Shown here piece by piece: positions 27,838 to 36,391 of a stretch of 64,000 nucleotides of DNA; the stretch's first letter is position 1; the number at the start of each line of letters is the position of its first letter. The DNA comes from an uncultured Candidatus Peribacteria bacterium (GTDB lineage Bacteria; Patescibacteriota; Gracilibacteria; UBA1369; 2-02-FULL-48-14). The notes beneath the pieces were generated by a model that saw only the letters and a list, made by a program, of their open reading frames with translations, was not told the DNA's origin and ran no database searches. The stretch lies in assembly GCA_964356195.1 (NCBI GenBank), contig CAYHGP010000001.1, positions 43,513 through 107,512 on the forward strand, written 5' to 3'. Position numbers and translations under genes: made by a program.

Positions 27838-28066
27838 AATTGTTCATTTCCGTAATGGCTGTATTGGGTGCAACTCCTGCGTGAATATCGCTCCGCAGTC
27901 TTGGATGATGGACGAAAAAGAAGGGAAAGCGGTGCTGGTGGGAGGTGAAAAAAAAAGAGACGTGTATGTGGCGGAAGCTTTTGACTGTGATTTGGAGGAC
28001 AATAAACGCGCGGCGGCTGCGTGTCCGATGCGCATCATTCAGATCAACGGGGGAGGTGCGGAGTGA
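27827..28066 (+). CDS. Small single-cluster ferredoxin
   Basis: CIGCNSCVNIAP ... ACPMRII (C-x2-C-x2-C ... C-P). The ATG at 27827 overlaps the U32 stop codon (27835-27837). Confidence 0.75.
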   Translation: MSFKIVHFRNGCIGCNSCVNIAPQSWMMDEKEGKAVLVGGEKKRDVYVAEAFDCDLEDNKRAAAACPMRIIQINGGGAE

Positions 28067-28114
28067 TTTGACGACACTAGTGAATCGTGGTTTACTAAAG
28101 ACTGTCTTTTTTTC

Positions 28115-29857
28115 GTGTCTACTTCTTTGAGTCCATTTCCGGAGGGGAGCGTCCATGAGGAGGAGCTTGATGATGTGGAACTTCTTCGTCACGTTAATCG
28201 AGGAGATCCGACTGGGAAAGAACGATTGGAAGCGCTCCTTCCTGAGCTGACACCGGATGAAATTGCCTTGCGGTGTGATGAGCTTGGGTTTTTACGTTAC
28301 CAAGGTGATCAAGACCCCAATTCTCTCTATGAGCGGTTTTGGTTTTTGCGTCCAGAGGATTTTCATCGTTTGGATGTCGATGCTATGGATCTCGGAGATT
28401 TTTTTGAGGAAACCTATTACAAGCCAAGTGTTGCCGCCATACGCATGGTGCGTGCTGTCGTTGCATTGGACGTCAATACCGTGTTGGAAGAAAAACCACC
28501 CCTCGTCACTCATGAGGACTATTTACGTTACTTTGAGACCTTTCATTTAGACGTGCTCAGGGAGTTGATACGTAATTTGCATGAAATAGAGGGGAGTCAG
28601 GGGTGCGATGGTCCTTGCCGCGCTATTTGTGGAGCAGGTGCTAAGAGAAGGGTGACAGGAGGGGATATGCCCTTTGAGACGATGCAGTGGCTTTCTCAAC
28701 ACTTTGGAGAAGAACTTTGTGAAGCAAATCCTGTCCTCTATTCCGCGAGTGATCTCGCGGACTACGGGTACAATAGTAAAAATGGGGCTGATGTCATTGA
28801 ATTATTTGAAAAAACTACCGATAGGTATCCTTACGTCTCAACGGCCTATCGTCTCGACAAAAAAGCGATAGACTTTCTTTTTGACTTAGTCGTTCGTCGC
28901 GGACGACGCGTTGATCGTATCTCTCGTCTTGTTACGGGGAAAAAGGGAGAAGATTTAGAGGTCTTGCTCGATAAACTGAGGCAGCGAGCAGCCGAAGAAG
29001 GGAATGTTTTAGATGACGAAGCTATTGGGAGTATTTCTCGTGCCTTTTTGCAAGGAGATAAGGGTGGAATGAATACGATGATGGGCAATGCCGTTCGGCC
29101 TAGTACACCAGAAAGTACTATGACGAAGGAGCACGTTGCGTGTTCTCACGGGGTTGTCCTGAGGGCAGGGAAGGGCTTTTTTGGTTTGGTTGTTCGTCCG
29201 GCTTCCAAGATTTTTCCCGATGGCAGGGCAATGTTTCCAATTCGTCCTGACGCAAGTGGGCAGGTTCGTTTTCCGCAGCTTCTTCATACGGATCTCACTC
29301 TTGTCCCCTTCTCTGGAGTACGAAAGGTAGTGTTGGGGCCAAAATGGACCATTATGGACAATGAATCCGGTGGAATTTCGGAAAAAGAAACAAGAAGCTC
29401 GCAAGAACAAGCCTTGATAGATGTGAGCCTCTATAAGCAACGTTATCTTACGCTCGAAAGTTTCTTTCTTACCGTTGACTCACAAACAGGAAGGGCCGTT
29501 CGTTTATCGGAAGTCCTCAGGAGGGGTTTGTCCGGACGAGAAAATATACCGCCGGAAGACCGCAGGGAAACTCTGACGAGAGTCAGAAACGGGATAGCTT
29601 TTATTAAGCGTTGCCTTCATTATAGTCGAGAGGGGGCTCAGGAGCTCTATGAGCGATACGCTGACAACAAGAACGTGACTTTGGAAGTTGCTCAATACTA
29701 TGCGGCCACTTTGAATGAAGTGTTCGACGAGCTTGAGTCCCTTTATAGCTTGTTAGGGGCTTTAAGTGGGGCTGACGGAGTGGATGAAGTGGCGAGTTTG
29801 CAAGAAGAACTCCTACAAGTATTAGGATCCTTGCAAGAAGAGAAGACAACGCTGTAA
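28115..29857 (+). CDS. Hypothetical protein (580 aa) with a Cx3Cx3C cysteine triad
   Basis: Long ORF with a GTG start 49 nt after the ferredoxin stop. CDGPCRAIC at 28604-28630. Family not recognised. Confidence 0.5.
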   Translation: MSTSLSPFPEGSVHEEELDDVELLRHVNRGDPTGKERLEALLPELTPDEIALRCDELGFLRYQGDQDPNSLYERFWFLRPEDFHRLDVDAMDLGDFFEETYYKPSVAAIRMVRAVVALDVNTVLEEKPPLVTHEDYLRYFETFHLDVLRELIRNLHEIEGSQGCDGPCRAICGAGAKRRVTGGDMPFETMQWLSQHFGEELCEANPVLYSASDLADYGYNSKNGADVIELFEKTTDRYPYVSTAYRLDKKAIDFLFDLVVRRGRRVDRISRLVTGKKGEDLEVLLDKLRQRAAEEGNVLDDEAIGSISRAFLQGDKGGMNTMMGNAVRPSTPESTMTKEHVACSHGVVLRAGKGFFGLVVRPASKIFPDGRAMFPIRPDASGQVRFPQLLHTDLTLVPFSGVRKVVLGPKWTIMDNESGGISEKETRSSQEQALIDVSLYKQRYLTLESFFLTVDSQTGRAVRLSEVLRRGLSGRENIPPEDRRETLTRVRNGIAFIKRCLHYSREGAQELYERYADNKNVTLEVAQYYAATLNEVFDELESLYSLLGALSGADGVDEVASLQEELLQVLGSLQEEKTTL

Positions 29858-29872
29858 ATTGAAAACTGCGAT

Positions 29873-31297
29873 TCATCGCAGCGTGACTTTGTTTGTGATG
29901 CCGATTTTTTTGAGGAAATGGGTGTCGTGGGAAATAATTACCATGGCGATTCCTTGTTCGAGCAGAAAGCGCTCGAGGTCTTCGCGGAGGAAGAGGTCGA
30001 GGTGGTTGGTGGGTTCATCCAGCAAGAGAAGGTCAGGCTTGTTGGTGAGCAGAATGGCGAATTCCAGGCGACGCTTTTGTCCGTAGCTGAGGGTTTTGAT
30101 TTTGGAGTCCATGAACTCGGCGGGAAAGAGGTAATTGGCAAGTGTGCTGCGTCCGGCGGTGTATTCGATGCGGGTGTTTGCGCCGAATTCATCGATTACG
30201 GTTTTGTCGGGATTGAGGCGGGAAAATTGGCCGAGGTAGCCAATCTTGATGTTTGCGCGAAGCGTGAGCTGGCCTTTAAAATCTTTGTCGGTGCCGCTGA
30301 GGATGTTGAGCAGCGTACTTTTGCCGGACCCGTTCGGGCCTTCAAGCAAAACGCGGTCGCCTTGTTCCACTTTGAGTCGAACGTCTTTTAAAATTTGTCG
30401 GTCATCGAAGGTTTTATTTTCCACGAAGACGGAGAGTACGGTGCCTTTCTGGCCTTGTTCAAGATTCTTCATGCGAACACGCGGGTCGGCCACGGGAGCG
30501 GGCGGGGCTTTCTTTTCCATGCGTTCGAGGGCTTTCTTTTTTTGGCCCACGGTTGCTGAAAATTTGTACTTTGGATGGTTGGCATTTTCGGCAAGCCACT
30601 CTTCCAGCTCGGTGACTTCGCGTTGGCTGAACTCGTGGAGTTGCAGGCGTTTTTGGTAACGCTCGTAGCGGTCGATGAGGAATTGGTCGTAGTTACAGCC
30701 GTAGACTTCGATGTTGTGTTCGGCGGAAATTTCCCAAATTTGATCGGCCACCGCGTTGATGAAGGCTCGGTCGTGAGACACGAAAGCTACGGTTCCTTTG
30801 AAGTCGCGGACAAATGTTTTGAGCCACTCGATGCTTTGGACGTCGAGATGGTTGGTGGGCTCATCGAGCAAGAGAATCGTGGGTTCTTTGAGGAGTAGTT
30901 CGGCCAGGGCGATGCGAACACGCTGACCTCCGCTTAAGGTTTTTAAAGAGAGCAGCGTGGTGTCCAGAGGCAGGTCCACTTCTTGCAAAACAATGTCGAT
31001 TTGGTAGCTCATCCATTCCTCTTCGAGTTTGCTTGCCAAATAATCGCCCACGGTTTGTTCTTCGTCCGGGAATACGATGTCTTGGGGAAGGGTGACGATG
31101 AGTTCTTGGGAACAATTTACGGAACCGTTGCTGGGCTCAAGCTCGCCGGTGAGGAGCTTTAAAAGGGTCGACTTCCCGCAACCGTTTTTCCCTACAATCG
31201 CAACGCGTTTTTTGGAGGCGCTGTCGAGAGAGACGTCGATGCCTTCGAAGAGCGGGCCGCTTGAGGTTTCGAAGGAAAGGGATTTTGTGATGAGCAT
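29873..31297 (-). CDS. ABC-F family ATPase (two ABC cassettes, no TM domain)
   Basis: Two sets of Walker A (GKNGCGKST, GPNGSGKST), signature (LSGGQRVR, LSYGQKRR) and Walker B (LLLDEPTNHLD, twice), joined by a charged linker. Confidence 0.9.
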   Translation of the reverse strand: MLITKSLSFETSSGPLFEGIDVSLDSASKKRVAIVGKNGCGKSTLLKLLTGELEPSNGSVNCSQELIVTLPQDIVFPDEEQTVGDYLASKLEEEWMSYQIDIVLQEVDLPLDTTLLSLKTLSGGQRVRIALAELLLKEPTILLLDEPTNHLDVQSIEWLKTFVRDFKGTVAFVSHDRAFINAVADQIWEISAEHNIEVYGCNYDQFLIDRYERYQKRLQLHEFSQREVTELEEWLAENANHPKYKFSATVGQKKKALERMEKKAPPAPVADPRVRMKNLEQGQKGTVLSVFVENKTFDDRQILKDVRLKVEQGDRVLLEGPNGSGKSTLLNILSGTDKDFKGQLTLRANIKIGYLGQFSRLNPDKTVIDEFGANTRIEYTAGRSTLANYLFPAEFMDSKIKTLSYGQKRRLEFAILLTNKPDLLLLDEPTNHLDLFLREDLERFLLEQGIAMVIISHDTHFLKKIGITNKVTLR

Positions 31298-31352
31298 TTT
31301 GTCTTAATATGGGCAAGATCAGCACTCTTTTAGCACAAGAGGGTGACTTGGT

Positions 31353-32246
31353 TCAAGGCTCCAGTACGAACCCCACGTTCATAATTGGGTGCCCAAGCGC
31401 TTTCCAGAAGCCAAGCCGAACGGTTTCTTTCAAATGGAGCCCGGCTTGGTCGAATTGAGTTTTCCAGTCGGCAACCGTTCGAAAAGTAAATGGCATGGCC
31501 ATGTGAGGTAAGCCCTTGACGGCTCCATTAACGAGATAATCGTAGGCAAGCAAAACGGCGCGTTGAGAAACTTGTGGAAGAGCCAAAAAAGAGCGAGTAC
31601 TTTCTAAATCCTCGACGCTTGGGCTGGGGTCGACTTCATTTAGGTCGTCTCCGTAGACGTCTTCAAGAATCAGCACACGCTCCGCCCGGTTGGCCGCTTG
31701 TTTGAGCAATCCCACGTGGGCGTCTGCGGGGGCGTGATGCAAAACCTGGATGAAACTTAGGTTCGACACTGACTCGTCACCTGGAATGGTCTCCGCGTTA
31801 GGCATGGTTGTAAAAGGTAGGTGAAGGGCTTCCGGCTTACGATAATCCAAGACATCCGTCAGCTGAACCTGGTAGCCTCTTCGAGCAAGGTCTACGCCCA
31901 AGTCTCCGGGTCCACACCCCACGTCCATAATGCTTTCTCCTACCATTCTTGCCTGACAAAAATCGGCAATTGCCGGGTTCTTTACGTCTCTTTTATGGAT
32001 CCCATAGGCTCTAGAAAATAGGCCTTGTCCGGAAGAAAAAACCGTCCGATGAACTTCCAGGGCTCTTTCATGGATCTGAACTGCCTCCTCAAACGGTCCA
32101 CGAAAAGCTTCCAGTAGTTTATTGACCAGGGGCGTTGTCTCTAGCTCCGGCGCAATTCGTCCGTAATGATTCAAGAAATGGCTTCGTAAAAATGCCATCG
32201 CTTCTTGGTCCCCTAATGCTTCTACAACTTGTTCTTCCGGGTTCAT
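31353..32246 (-). CDS. Class I SAM-dependent methyltransferase
   Basis: Motif I IMDVGCGPGDLGVDLA and an acidic post-I residue (LTDV). Substrate unknown. Confidence 0.7.
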   Translation of the reverse strand: MNPEEQVVEALGDQEAMAFLRSHFLNHYGRIAPELETTPLVNKLLEAFRGPFEEAVQIHERALEVHRTVFSSGQGLFSRAYGIHKRDVKNPAIADFCQARMVGESIMDVGCGPGDLGVDLARRGYQVQLTDVLDYRKPEALHLPFTTMPNAETIPGDESVSNLSFIQVLHHAPADAHVGLLKQAANRAERVLILEDVYGDDLNEVDPSPSVEDLESTRSFLALPQVSQRAVLLAYDYLVNGAVKGLPHMAMPFTFRTVADWKTQFDQAGLHLKETVRLGFWKALGHPIMNVGFVLEP

Positions 32247-32383
32247 ACATATGCAAAGGAAGATACTGTAATATATTAAGAGGAGTATGTCAACAACGAA
32301 GGGGTGCTCCCTGGGCTCAGGAGGTGGGGCAGTTTGACGTTATCCACATAATCTGCTATAATTATACGATTTAACCAAAAATC

Positions 32384-33838
32384 ATGTATAAAAACTTATT
32401 TGTAGCTCTGCTGGTACTTCTTGTACCTGCATCAATAGCCTTAGCGTCCATCGCTGATATCGAAGTGTCCGTGCTTGACGCAGACGCTGTTGAATCATCG
32501 GATGAAGGGGAAGACTCTGATGATTCAGGTAACGATGAAGGTGAGGATGAAGATGAAGATACTGACTCAGACAGCGAAGATGGCGACGATTCCGATGAGG
32601 ATGAAGAGGAGGATTCTGATATGGAAAATGCAGCTGATAAGATTGAAGACGCTGGGGAAGAAATTGCCGATGCAGAGGAAACCATTGTTGAGAAAGAAGC
32701 TGAAGGTAAGGATGTCTCAGATGCACTTCTTAGACTTGAAGGTGCACGTGAACTTCTAGCTGATGCACAAACTGAATTTGATGCGGGAAATTATGAAGAA
32801 GCAGAATATCTTGCTAAAGAAGCAAAACATGAAGCGATGTACGCCAAAGGTAAAGATATCCACTCAAACAGTGAAGAATCTGAACTTGGTGAAGACTTTG
32901 GAGAATGTATTGCCGAAGCAGTGCTCTCAGATGAAAGTGATGCTGAAGAGTTTGATGAATGTTTCGAAGACTTTGAAGAAGAAATAGCAGATTTTGTTGA
33001 AGAATTATTGTCTGAAGAGGACCAAGCGGCAAACACTGAACTTGACGAAGCCCTTACTTCCCTTGCAGAGACCGTTGAATCTGAACTAAGCCAGCTACTT
33101 CTTGCTCTCGCTGAATTCAATGTCAGCGGAGTAGATGAAGATAAAGTCATTGCGGATATTGAAAGTATCGTTGAATCAGACGATGATCTTGAAACTCAAG
33201 TTTCAGAACTAGAGGATAAGATGGATGAAATCAAAGATGAGTCTACTGCAAACAAGTTCGAAGATGATGTAATCCCATTTAGAGATACTGATGATGAAGA
33301 ATGGTTCTTCAACTTTGTTGATCAGATGGATTCAGAGGCTTGTATCTCAGGATTCAAGGACGAAGCAGGAAATGAACTGGGCGAATTCCGCCCTTCAAAT
33401 GAAGTGCTGTTTGGAGAAAGCATGAAGTTTGTACTGCAATGTATTCTCGATGAAGATCCTGAAGATATTGCTGACGGTGATTTCTGGGCTCGAGGATATG
33501 CGCTTAAGTTTCAAGAAGATTTCTCTGATCTACTTAGCGCAGACCTTCTAGGTCGAGTCGAAAATGCTCTCGTAGATGATGCGGAATACACTTCAGAAGT
33601 TACTCGCGGTGAACTTATTCAACTGATCGTTGATGCACTTGATTTGGATGTTTCAGAAGCAAGCGAAGCTCCTTTCAGTGATGTTGCTCTAGATCATGCA
33701 AATGTAAATGCGATCAACTATGCTCTCAGTAAGGGCGTAATCTCAGGTGATGAGGAAACAAGTACTTTCCGTCCTGATGAAGTTCCAAACCGTGCAGAAG
33801 TTGCAAAGATCATTATCCTTGCTAAACAGTTGTTCTAA
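32384..33838 (+). CDS. Secreted hyper-acidic protein with C-terminal SLH-like domains
   Basis: Signal peptide MYKNLFVALLVLLVPASIALA. D/E/S run in aa 31-79. C-terminal SLH-like blocks (FRDTDDEEWFFNFV...ISGFKD...FRP; FSDVALDHANVNAINYALSKGVISGD...FRPDEVPNRAEVAKII). Confidence 0.65.
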   Translation: MYKNLFVALLVLLVPASIALASIADIEVSVLDADAVESSDEGEDSDDSGNDEGEDEDEDTDSDSEDGDDSDEDEEEDSDMENAADKIEDAGEEIADAEETIVEKEAEGKDVSDALLRLEGARELLADAQTEFDAGNYEEAEYLAKEAKHEAMYAKGKDIHSNSEESELGEDFGECIAEAVLSDESDAEEFDECFEDFEEEIADFVEELLSEEDQAANTELDEALTSLAETVESELSQLLLALAEFNVSGVDEDKVIADIESIVESDDDLETQVSELEDKMDEIKDESTANKFEDDVIPFRDTDDEEWFFNFVDQMDSEACISGFKDEAGNELGEFRPSNEVLFGESMKFVLQCILDEDPEDIADGDFWARGYALKFQEDFSDLLSADLLGRVENALVDDAEYTSEVTRGELIQLIVDALDLDVSEASEAPFSDVALDHANVNAINYALSKGVISGDEETSTFRPDEVPNRAEVAKIIILAKQLF

Positions 33839-33854
33839 ATAGAAGACTTCAATT

Positions 33855-33895
33855 AAAGGGCTACCAATTGGAACGGTAGCCCTTTATCGATTTTG
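33855..33895 (+). terminator. Rho-independent terminator
   Basis: AAAGGGCTACC (33855-33865) / GGTAGCCCTTT (33875-33885) with a 9-nt loop, then ATCGATTTT. Confidence 0.65.
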
Positions 33896-34012
33896 CCAAC
33901 AGCATAGTGCGCCAGGTTCTTTGCAGAATTTTTTAAAAAAACATCCGGGTCTTACTTGCCAGTCTGAAGAAAATAAGGTTAAATTGGGTTAAATTTTTTT
34001 CAGCAAAAATTT

Positions 34013-36379
34013 ATGAAAATTGCATTGATTTGTGGGGGGCCATCGTTGGAGCGAGGGATTTCGCTCAACTCGGCGCGTAGTGTTTTAGACCATTTGGAAG
34101 GCGATGGGATTGAAGTGGTGCCGATTTATTTTGATCATAAAAAGCGTCCTTATCATATTTTGAGCTCGCAACTTTATTCCAATACGCCTTCCGATTTTGA
34201 TTTTAAGCTTCAAGAAACGGCTAAGGCTCTGAGTCCAACCGGACTTAAGAAGTTGCTGAAAAGTGTGGACCTGGCCTTTCCCGTGATGCACGGACCTTTT
34301 GGGGAAGACGGAGGAATTCAGCGTATTCTTGAGCGCGCCAAGGTGCCTTACATCGGCCCTGGGATGGAGGCTTGTAAACGTTGTTTCGATAAATTTACAG
34401 CCAATGAATTCATCCGAAAGAATGGATTTTTCACGCTCCCCTCCATCGTTTTGAAAATTCACCAAGGGGGGCACAAGTCAACGATTGCTGCGTTTTTCAA
34501 GAAACATAAAATCAAGAGAGCCATTGTGAAGCCTGCAACGGGGGGATCCAGCATTGGAGTTTCTTCAGTGACTACTGCCACCGAAGCCCTTGAAAAAGTA
34601 AAAAAACTTTTTGCCAAAAGGATAGATACCCGTGTGGTGGTGGAGCCCTTTTGTGAAGGGATTGAGTTTACCGTCATCCTTTTGCAAAATCGTTTTGGAA
34701 TGCCGGTGGCTATTCTCCCGACGGAAATTGAGACGGACTACACGGAGCATCAAATCTTTGATTATCGGAAAAAATATTTGGCGAGCCGAGCGGTTCGTTA
34801 CCACTGTCCTCCTCGTTTTGATAACGCCACCATTGAACGCATCCAGGTTCAAGCTGAGCAACTGTTTACGCTGTTTGGGATGCGAGATTTTACGCGGTTT
34901 GACGGCTGGCTGCTTCCCGATGGAAACATTTGGTTTTCAGATTTCAATCCCATTAGTGGCATGGAGCAGAATAGCTTCCTCTTCCAACAAACGGCGCGCA
35001 TTGGGTTCAGTCATCGCGACCTTCTTCGTTTTGTGGTGAAGAACGCGGCAGCGCGGTATGGGCTGAAAGTTCCTGAAATCACGAAAGAAATCGAGGAGAA
35101 GAAAAAGCCGGTGAACGTTTTGTTTGGAGGTAGCACTTCCGAGAGGCAGGTTTCGCTTATGAGTGGAACCAATGCTTGGCTCAAGCTTCGTCGCTCAAAA
35201 AAGTACGCTCCCAAGCCCTTTCTTTTGGACTTGAATGGGAAGGTGTGGCCGCTTCCCTATGCACTAACTTTGAATCATACGGTGGAGGAAGTTTTGGAAA
35301 ACTGCGAAGGGGCAGAAGCCGGTGAAAAGCGCTTGCAGTTTTTAGAGGAAAAAATACGATTGCGGTTGTCGGCTGGAGAGGAAGAGCTGAGCGAATCTTT
35401 TTTCATCCCGAAGCCGTTGAGCTTGGAGACTTTCATTCGTGACAGTAAGTTTGTGCTTTTGGGTTTACATGGAGGCATTGGCGAAGACGGGACTTTGCAA
35501 GCAATGCTGCAAAAACAAGGAGTGAAATTCAACGGTCCCGGGGCAGAGGCGTCTCGCATTTGTATGGATAAGTTTGAGACTGGAAAACGTGTGCAAGGTT
35601 TGGAAAAATGGGGAGTGTACACGGCACCCAAAAAGTCCGTATTGCTCACGGCATTTAAAAACTTCAAGCCCGTGGATTTTGATAATTACTTCAAGAATTT
35701 GCAGGCCGAGCTGGATTCGCGAACTTTTATTGTGAAGCCGCAGGACGAGGGCTGCTCCTCCGGAATTGTTCGCCTGTTTAACGCTCGGGATTTTGCGAAG
35801 TACATTGCTTTGGCGCTCAAGGGAGTCGCCTTCATCCCTAAAGAAACTTTTAAAAACCAGACGCAAATGGTGGATATGCCTTTGGTCCCCATGAAGCATC
35901 TTTTGATTGAGCAGTTTATTGAAACGGACGCGGTTTGCGTGAAAGGAAATCAGCTCAAGTGGCGACGAAAAAAAGGATGGGTGGAAGTGACGGTGGGTGT
36001 TTTAGAAGAAAATGGAAAGTGCCATGCGCTGAGTCCCAGTCTTACCGTTTCCGAAGGCGAAGTGCTTTCTGTGGAAGAAAAATTTCAAGGGGGAACCGGG
36101 GTGAATATGACTCCGCCGCCGGAAAAATTTGTGAAACCGACCGTGCTTGCGCGGGCCAAAAAAGCGGTTGAGAAAATTGCGGAAACGCTTGGGATTGAAG
36201 GGTATTGCCGTATGGATGCCTTCCTGAACATCGACAACGGGGATATCATTTTAATCGAAGTGAATACTTTGCCGGCGCTCACGCCGTCCACGGTTCTTTT
36301 CCATCAAGCGCTTGCTGAAAAGACGCCGATTTACCCCAAGCGGCTCTTGGAAATGCTGATCGAGAATAAAGGCTATTAA
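34013..36379 (+). CDS. ddl: Tandem fusion of two D-alanine--D-alanine ligase-like ATP-grasp modules
   Basis: Module 1 (aa 1-~350): IALICGGPSLERGISLNSA, HGPFGEDGGIQ, VKPATGGSSIG, RFDGWL...SDFNPISG. Module 2 (aa ~365-788): VNVLFGGSTSERQVSLMSG, HGGIGEDGTLQ, VKPQDEGCSSGI, CRMDAFL...LIEVNTLPALT. Confidence 0.85.
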   Translation: MKIALICGGPSLERGISLNSARSVLDHLEGDGIEVVPIYFDHKKRPYHILSSQLYSNTPSDFDFKLQETAKALSPTGLKKLLKSVDLAFPVMHGPFGEDGGIQRILERAKVPYIGPGMEACKRCFDKFTANEFIRKNGFFTLPSIVLKIHQGGHKSTIAAFFKKHKIKRAIVKPATGGSSIGVSSVTTATEALEKVKKLFAKRIDTRVVVEPFCEGIEFTVILLQNRFGMPVAILPTEIETDYTEHQIFDYRKKYLASRAVRYHCPPRFDNATIERIQVQAEQLFTLFGMRDFTRFDGWLLPDGNIWFSDFNPISGMEQNSFLFQQTARIGFSHRDLLRFVVKNAAARYGLKVPEITKEIEEKKKPVNVLFGGSTSERQVSLMSGTNAWLKLRRSKKYAPKPFLLDLNGKVWPLPYALTLNHTVEEVLENCEGAEAGEKRLQFLEEKIRLRLSAGEEELSESFFIPKPLSLETFIRDSKFVLLGLHGGIGEDGTLQAMLQKQGVKFNGPGAEASRICMDKFETGKRVQGLEKWGVYTAPKKSVLLTAFKNFKPVDFDNYFKNLQAELDSRTFIVKPQDEGCSSGIVRLFNARDFAKYIALALKGVAFIPKETFKNQTQMVDMPLVPMKHLLIEQFIETDAVCVKGNQLKWRRKKGWVEVTVGVLEENGKCHALSPSLTVSEGEVLSVEEKFQGGTGVNMTPPPEKFVKPTVLARAKKAVEKIAETLGIEGYCRMDAFLNIDNGDIILIEVNTLPALTPSTVLFHQALAEKTPIYPKRLLEMLIENKGY

Positions 36380-36391
36380 CAAGTCTGTGTT

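Noticed and set aside
32474-32620. Tandem DNA repeat or microsatellite in the acidic region.
   Set aside because: The GAT/GAA/GAC-rich DNA has no exact repeating unit. It is codon-level low complexity inside a continuous ORF, not a repeat element.
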